Positions 55,447 to 64,000 of a stretch of DNA of 64,000 nt are shown piece after piece (position 1 is the first letter of the stretch; every line of letters starts with the position of its first letter). The position numbers were made by a program, and so were the translations under genes. The notes below the pieces were generated by a model. It saw nothing but the letters and a program-made list of their open reading frames with translations. It made no database searches and was not told the DNA's origin. Source of the stretch: the human T2T-CHM13v2.0 reference genome, Homo sapiens; the NCBI RefSeq assembly GCF_009914755.1, contig NC_060930.1; one strand, written 5' to 3'.

Positions 55447-57267
55447 CTCTAGACAGCCCAGTAAGGCAAGAAAAGGAAATGAAAGGTATACCAATTGGAA
55501 AAAAAAAAAAGATAAAACTGACTTTATTTGCAGATAACAATTGCCTCCATAAAAGATACCAACGAAAAACTTCTAGAATTAGTAAGTTTAATAAGATCAC
55601 AGGAGATGAAATAAACATACAAAAATCAATGAAATTTCAGTATACTAGTATAAACACATGGACACAAAAGTTAAAAACGTACTGCCAAGTAGTAATTTAA
55701 AAATTAAATACTTAGTTGTAACTAATAAAAATGTAGACTGTTTACATGCTAATAATTACACTGCATTGATGAAAGCTATTATAGTCTAAAATGGAGAGGC
55801 TTACCATGTTCGTGGATTGTTAAGACTTAATATAAAAAATATTTTCTTTCTAAATTGATAAACAAGCTTTAGGCAATTCATATATAAATGACAGTAACAT
55901 TTTTGTAGAAATAGACAAAATTAAAAATTTATGTGGAAAAATAGAGGAACAAGAATAGCTAAAACAAATGTGAAAAAGGATAAAGTGGGAAAAATCAGTG
56001 TGTCAGATTTAAAGATTTCCTATACCATTATAGCAATTGAAAGATTATGTGGCATTGGCAGAAAAAGAGACACATAGACCAGCGGAACAGAATAAAAACC
56101 CATAAATACCACCATCAAATATGTATGACTTATTTTTGACAAATCCACAAATACAATTCAAGGGAGAAAATGTAGCCTTTTCAAAAAATGATGCTTTAGC
56201 AATTGGCTATTCAGAGACATAAAAATCAAATCTTTGCCTAAGTCTCACATCTCATACACAAATTAACTCAAAATAGCCTACAAACAAATATAAAACTTTA
56301 AGATGAAAACACAGGATAAAATCTTTGGGATCTAGGCTAAGCAAAGCATTCTTAAACTCTTTTGAAAACAGAACCACGATCTAATAAACTGGACTTTGTC
56401 AACATGAAAAGCTTTTTCTCTAAAAAAGAACCTGTTGAGACAAAATGACAAGCTACAGGCTACGAGAAAATATTTGCAAACCACATATTTGACAAAGGAT
56501 TCGCATCTAGAGTATATAAAGAATTCTGAAAACTCAACAATTTTAAGAAATTGTTAGAATGTGGGCAGAAGACATGAAGTTATATTTACTGAATATATAC
56601 AGATAGAAAACACACTGAAAGATGTTCAATATCACTGGCCATTAGGGGAATGCAAATTAAAATTCTAATTTGATACCAATACACACTACTAGAGTGACTA
56701 CAATGAAAAATAATGACAAAAACAAATGCTTGCAAGGCAATGGAGAAATACATAAATTGTTGGTAAGAATGTAAAATAGTACAGTCCCTCTGGAAAACAG
56801 TTTGGCAGTTTGTTAAAAACTAAGCAAGTGATATCACACAACCAAGCAATTGCACTCCTAGGCATTTATCCCAGAGAAATGATAACTTATGTTCACATAA
56901 AAACCTAGACACAGATATTTATATCAGCATTATTTCTAATAGCCCCAAACTGGAAACAACCCAGATGTCCCTCAATGGATAATTAAACGATGGTACATCT
57001 ATACCATGGAATAACGTTTAGCAATAAAATGGAAGTAATTACTAATACATGTAGTAACCTGGATTAATGTTTGGAAAATTATGCTGTGTGGGGAAAAAAG
57101 CCCATCCCAAAAGTTTAAATATTATATGATTCTTGAATCATGTAAGATTTTTATAACATTCTTGAAGTGGAAAATGATGGAAATTGACAACAGATTAGTG
57201 TTTGCTAGTGGTTAAGAAAGGATTAGATGTGGGAAATAGGTAGATGTGGCTATAAAAGGGAAACAGG
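55447..57267 (+). mobile_element. Old L1M ORF2/3'UTR, right part (resumes after the L1PB)
   Basis: tttatttgcagataac; gcaattgcactcctaggcatttatcccagagaaatg; colinear with 47790-48979. Confidence 0.82.
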
Positions 57268-57630
<363 letters not shown>

Positions 57631-59207
57631 CTAATACTTAAACTATTTGAGAAAGAATCCTATTTTATGATCTATGCAAGGATAAAGGGCTTCTCAAAGC
57701 AACAAAACACTATGACACTATGTTATTAGGTAACTGTCCCAAAACACCTCTTTCATTTTGATCTTCATTATCTGTTTTTCCACTTTTAACACCTCAGTGA
57801 GAAACATTTATCTGGACCCATATGCCTGCTCATATGGAGATTTTAGGAAGAAAAAGATTTAAAAAAAAAAAAAAAAGTCTATGTCAATTCAGTATCATAT
57901 CTTCAATCCCCAAACACCATCTTCTTTAGAAAGCTTATTAGCTTATTATTTTTCATGAAAGCTGAAAGCACATTATGGAGCTATCTATTGTCAGCTAAGA
58001 ATTTCCACCAGATTTTGACTTTGGAGGCCTAAGAGTTACCATAGTTACTAATTAACTCCTGTGTCCTGAATGCATTAGACACAGCAGAGAGACTGTTTAC
58101 ATTATGTAAAGTACTTTTGTTCTAAATAAATTAAGAGAATATGCTAGATGCATTAAATCTTATTGCAAAATACCATCAACTCATCTTTCATTAAATTCTT
58201 TATTGAAGATTTTGAATCTAAGCCCCAGAATTAACACAGATTTAACTTCTACCTTTGACTAGCTTAGCCTAAAACACAGCTAAAATATTGCCTTTGTTGT
58301 TTTAAAATGTCAAATTGTCATAACCACAATTTATGCTTTTCTGAACCCAGAGTCATGTTCCTAGATAATTAAATATCAAAGTAGTTACTATTAAAAATAT
58401 TTAAACATAAGTTATATTTTCTAAATTATTTTATTGAAACTATTTTAAAACCTATATGAAAATTATAATAGTACATTTTTCTAAAAGGCAACTTGTAGTT
58501 TCTAGCTGTATAGTATTTAAGACAATATGAAACAATGAAGCTTGTATTTTTTCTAATCTTTATCTATTGAATTTTCACATCAATTTATCTGAAATCATAA
58601 AATTAATTTGTTTTTTGAATTTTACCTGTGTAGAAATTTGAAATGTTCATATGTATAGTATAAAAATAGTTGCCAGAAATAAAAATAGAAAGAATTTTTT
58701 ATCCTTGGAATAGTTATTCCAGTTTCTTAGGTTAAAAACCTAAGAAAAAAATCCTAGATAAACAAATAACTGTTGAAGAGGAAATAATTTTACGTTAATT
58801 TTTGCCCACATCTTATCCAGATTTGGTTAATAAATTGTCCAAATAATCATATGTTTTAATCATATGGCTGTAATGTAAGTCAGAAAAAAATAAAAATGGA
58901 TTAATGGTTTAGTTCCTGATATGTATCTTGTAAAAGAAGTTTTACCACCATCTCTGAGTAATATAAATTTCACATGCTTAGATTAAGACGAACAACAACA
59001 AGAGACATTTACTAGACAGAAACAACTGTGGACCTCTTCACCTAGATGTCTCACAGTGACTTAGAGGCACCTCACATCCACACAATCACCACTCATTATC
59101 TTTCCCATTACACCTCTTCCTCTTGCGGTGTTCCCTTATCAATCTATTAGACTTAGCCTACCCATTCAAGCCAGCGACTAAAACATCTTCTATCTAACCA
59201 CTCCTCT

Positions 59208-59600
59208 CACACAGAGACACACACATACAGATATACACAAGCACACACACCAGAGATACATATGTGCACACATGCAGACACAGATACAGAGACACAATAC
59301 ATAGACGCAAACACATGGAGCTACAGAGACTGACACACATATGCAACACAGATACACAGAACTACAAACACACACATACACACAGATATACACATATGGA
59401 GCTACAGACACAGACATACGTAGACACAGAGACACACAGAGATACAGACACAGATACACACATGTACACATACATGCAGAGCTACAGGCACACATACCAC
59501 ACAGAGCTACATACACACACATACAGCTACACACATACACAGACACAGATACACACAAAGCTGCACACACACACACACACACAGATACACACGGACACAC
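59208..59600. repeat. Complex CA-rich simple repeat (CA, CAGATACA, GAGCTACA subunits)
   Basis: Direct inspection. Confidence 0.92.
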
Positions 59601-59824
59601 CTGTCACAAATGCCTTAAAGCTTTTTATGTCACTTCTCTCCATTTCCTGCTCTGTCATAGTTCAAGCTTTCTTCTCTCTCTCATTCTAGTAAGATGACTT
59701 CCTAACTATTCTCCCTACCTTCAGATTTGTTCTTCATAAACTTAATCTTCATATTATTGTTAGGTCTTTTTCTAAACCAAAAAAAATACATCCCATTTTA
59801 CTTCTCTGCTTAACATCCTTCCAT

Positions 59825-60112
59825 GAGGCCATTATCCTAAGCAAACTAACCCAGGAACAGAAAACCAAATACTACATGCTCTCGCTTATAAGTGGGAACT
59901 AAACACTGAGTGCCCATGGACACAAATAACGGAATAACAGACCCTGGGGCCTACTTGAGGGTAGAGGGTGGGAGGAGGGTGAGGATCAAAAAAACCACAC
60001 ATTGGGTGCTACGATTACCTGGGTGATGAAATAATCTGTATACCAAATCCTCATGACATTCAACTCACCAATGTAACAAACCTGCACATGCACCCTTGAA
60101 CCTAAAATAATT
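59825..60112 (+). mobile_element. Older L1PA (PA15/16-like) 3' end
   Basis: ggccattatcctaagcaaactaac...ggggcctacttgaggg...cttgaacctaaaataa. Confidence 0.85.
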
Positions 60113-63100
60113 ATTTTTTTCAAAATCCCTGTTCATTAGTGCATTCCTGACAGCAATGCTTACCTAGGCCTATCCGGCTCTACGTGTACAACTGCTGGGC
60201 ATATGGTAAACCAGACACTAGTGGGCCCTCCTTGTCCTCAGACATGTTAAGTGTGTTCCCACAGAGCCTCCCTCCATGCCTGATCTCCCTTTGCTGCAGC
60301 CCCTTACACACAAGTCCACTGCTCTAGGCCCCCAGCAACCAGCCCCCATGCCCAATAAGAGTCAGGTGATTGATAAGATTTTGATGATGACTCCAAGAAG
60401 AAAGACACATAGTAAATAGAGGTGAGAGATGAAAACAGGTAAGTCATAGCACATACTTCAAAAAGAGGCATAAATTAAGTGATGCAGGAGTTTAAAAGAA
60501 AAAGTAGAGCCTAACCCAAAGGAGCTTCTTTCCAAAGCCACGGGTAATTCTAATGCCTAGAGGTCTTAGGAAAGCCTCAGAAGAATCTCTGATCTATAAG
60601 ACTGAAAGCCTTGTAATAAAACAAATGGCCCTTTATTCTCTAATGTCTCTACATCATCCCTTTCCACTGTCTTCCATTCAACCAAGAACCCATGCAATCT
60701 GATTCACATGCCCCAAAGCCAGTGCTTTCTCCTGACCTCACTTTGCACACACCACTTGGATTCCCAGCCTCTGTTCCTTACCCCTTATGTAGCCAGAGAT
60801 TCCCTTTTTCTCTTCAAGACTCAGTTTGAATGTCAGCTGTCTATTGAAGACTTCCCTGATCACTACCTTCACCCAAACCACATGCCACAGGAATAAACAC
60901 TAGGCCACTTCTTCTGTACTGTTTTACATATAAAATCGGCTTTTCAAATACATAGTGGGATTCAAAGTTAGTGAAGTTATGAGGAGACAGGGACTCACTG
61001 CTCATGGGAGTATAAATTGGTATGATCTCACTGGAAGACAATTTGACAACGTCTCATACAAAATCAATGTGCTTGTTGGTTTTGCTCCTTTCTCTTGAAT
61101 TCTTAAAAGCATGATCAGTGAGATTACACACACACACACGCACACACATATGGATGTTATTTCAGCACCACTAATATTAAAAATTGGAAATAACCCAAAT
61201 AACTCTACAAAAATATTTAAATAAATTATGATAAAATGGGGGGGGGGCAGGAAGCCAGAGAATGCTTAATTGCATGGAGGAAGTATCATTAACATGATAT
61301 TAAATAAACCAATGTAAAACTGAATTTTTAAATATTAAAATACGCATATTAAAAAGTGAAATAAAATATATCAAAATACTATAATGGTTATCTCTGAATA
61401 ACAAGGTTGTGGATAAATTGTATCTTTTCTCTTGCTATATTGTCCAATGACTATGTATTAGATTTAATAAAAGATGGCATAGTATATTTTAAAATAAATG
61501 TATTGCATCAGTAGATTGCTTGGCTGAACAAATTCATTCATTCATCTATCCATTTATCTATTGTTGAAAAAGATCATTCGAGTGGTTTTGCGCAGACATA
61601 ACCTTAGCTGCACCTTGTTTCTTCCCCAAAATCACTGAAATGAACAGTGCCAGAGACTTCAATTCAGGCTTTCAGCCAGAGAAAGATCATCTCCAGATAG
61701 AATGCTTTCAGAAATTGGACACACAGTAATACAGAAATGTGAGCTCTCATAAATGAATGCACATTGCATAGACTTTGAAAGCTTGCCCTACCATAGAAGT
61801 GGCATTGTTACTGCTAATGACCTTCAGAAAACAAGATATTCACTATATCCAGGTCATACTGACATTTTACTTATTACTGGAAAATCATTTTCAAAGAGCC
61901 ACTGGAAAGTCATAGAAAAATTTTAATAAAATCTATGTAGAACCAATTTTCCTTAACTCTTATTAATCTTTTTTCTATTTTACCTTGTTTATTATTCTTA
62001 GGGACATTGTGAGATTGAGGTTGGTATGTTTACAGCACAGAAGAGGATGCTACAAAGTCCCTTGAGAGCAAATCTTGTGTAAGAAATTTTTCCATTTGAT
62101 ATCCGGAGCTCTTGAGCTGTATAATTAGTATAATATCCTATTCCATTACCCTATTGATAGAAGAGTCATAAAGATTACTGAATTACAAAAATGAATGAGA
62201 TATAGGGAAGATTTGTCATATAATTCCTTTTAAGAATTTTACAGATAACCATGTTATAATAATTATGCTAGAAAAAGAAAAGGTAGCATTGTCAACCTCA
62301 TATAGAGCATGACTTCTGTGGAGTTTCCAGAAGCTATTAATCTGAGAATATATTTTTTGAAGTGCTGAACTTTTAGTCACTTGGATGCAAAGAGGTTTCA
62401 AGAACTATCGCTGCTTTGAATGGAACTGTAGTTTCTTTTGCCTTGAGGCCATCAGCAAGTGCCTACATCCATACCCTAGATACAGGGATCTTGAAGAAAA
62501 GCTGCCAACAATGTGCACAGAAGAATTTGTTGCTAAAAAGCAGCAGAGCTGTCAACTGGTTTCAATGACAGCTCCATTATCACACTGATTGATTGTAAAA
62601 AGGAGAAAAAAGGAGCAAGAAAAAAAACTCTCATCCCTTTACTGGCTGAGCAAATTCTAAACAGAATTCTTCAGTAAGCTTACCAAGAGGCAAAACAATA
62701 ACTTTCTAAGTCTTGGTGTAACTTATAAAGAAACTGAAATCCCTGCATTTTTCAGCGTTTTCTCATTTAATGACAGTTGAATTTTTTTTTATTGCTCCAG
62801 ACCTTATTTTCTTTTGCTAGTTGTCATTTTTGTAGGTAATGCACTGATCTGCAGCGACTGAGGAAGAAAAAAAATTCACACAATTCTTGTCCGTCTGTGG
62901 CCAACAAGTCTCATAAATCTTCAGACCGATTTCCAGACTAAAGGAGTCTGTTTCCCAAGGATTTATTTTCCAGTAATGAAGCCTCAAGTCAGCTTCTGTG
63001 AAGGAACATAGACCAGAGGAGGAAGAGCATGGCTCATTTCTTCCTAGTTGTGTGGTGCCTCTGAAGATGCCTGCCCAAACTTTGGTAAAGCTGAAATGCA

Positions 63101-63705
63101 CACTACCCTGGGTCCCTGACCTTGAGGAATGAGTCTAAAGAGTAAAGCGAGAAACATAGTAGTCAAAACTGAAGACTGCAACATTTGCTTGCTGTGTGAC
63201 TTATGGTTGTTCACTCACCTTCTCTGTTCATATCTCCTCATGTATAAAATAAAAGAGATGTTCTTGCTTAATGTTTTCCAAACTCAATAGGAGAGTGTGT
63301 CAAATAGCAAATTCTAATTCCTGAATCCCGTTGAGTTCTTTCAGAATAGTAAATCTCCACGTACTGGAAAAAGTGTTATGAAAAGCAGGATGGCAGCCCT
63401 GCAGTCAGCCGGTACCAAAGGAAGAAACATGTGGTTTTCCTTTTTTGAGAATGTTCTGAGAACTGACACTTTAACCAGAGATAAGTAAAGGTGAAGTCAA
63501 AGGATTTTAATTTTATTAATCACAAATGAGACATCAGCAAAGCTGCAGGTTAGAGAGGAGCAAAAGAGAGCACACACTGGCCCTGTCACTTTAAAATTCC
63601 GAAGTTCCTTATGTGGGAAAAGAGAATCTTACTAGACCTTGAGCTTTAAGAGGTTTTTTAATTGAAGAAAATATTTATCCATGGGCAAAAGATTGCTTCC
63701 TTTAC

Positions 63706-63707
<2 letters not shown>

Positions 63708-63747
<40 letters not shown>

Positions 63748-63750
63748 ACA
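63708..63750. repeat. (CA)n microsatellite, about 19 pure units
   Basis: Direct inspection. Confidence 0.95.
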
Positions 63751-63837
63751 CACCCCATCTTGAACAGGCACTTTCCCATACATATGGTACAACTCATATT
63801 TCATTCTAGGGATACCTACTATGTGACAATGTGTTCG

Positions 63838-63965
63838 GGGGCCATGAGTGGCAGCTCATGCCTGTAGTCTCAACACTTTAGGAGGCCGAGGTGGGAGGGT
63901 CACTTAGTTCAGGAGCTCGCGAGCCAGCCTGGGCAACATGGTGAGCTCCTGTCTCTAAATATAAA
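63838..63965 (+). mobile_element. FLAM-like Alu left monomer
   Basis: gctcatgcctgtagtctcaacactttaggaggccgagg...cagcctgggcaacatgg...ctgtctcta, then an AT-rich tail. Confidence 0.8.
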
Positions 63966-64000
63966 TATATAAATATATGTATGTGTGTGTGTGGACATAT

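Noticed and set aside
59190-59697. His/Thr-rich and Cys/Val-rich ORFs of 118-141 aa
   Set aside because: Simple-repeat translations.

Overview
Human (an AluYa5 is present), AT-rich, repeat-dominated 64-kb window with no recognisable multi-exon gene. Most of it is ordinary: L1 elements of several ages, about 10 Alus, a solo HERV-E LTR2, MLT1A, ERVL remnants, L2/MIR fragments, two MER85 piggyBac MITEs and microsatellites. The exception is a GC-rich ~3.5-4 kb island at about 40.6-44.15 kb, a bidirectional, multi-layer retro-chimera. On the + strand it reads: GC-rich upstream region, an intronless NPAP1/POM121-related (UPF0607-family) ORF with one frameshift whose stop codon comes from an AluSc-like element, then an SVA2-type element (about 19 x 40-bp VNTR, unique 3' tail, ATTAAA, short poly(A)) inserted inside that Alu with a 14-bp target-site duplication. 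On the - strand it is a processed transcript: SPTLC1 5'UTR plus exons 1-3 (exactly c.1-260) spliced onto the classic antisense-Alu 3' splice site, running on through the whole cassette. My inference is that an SPTLC1-promoted, Alu-exon-trapped RNA was retrotransposed and carried an antisense gene, with its upstream region and VNTR, to this site. The far end and TSD of that insertion could not be fixed from the sequence alone. All family names come from recalled consensus sequences; no search was run.
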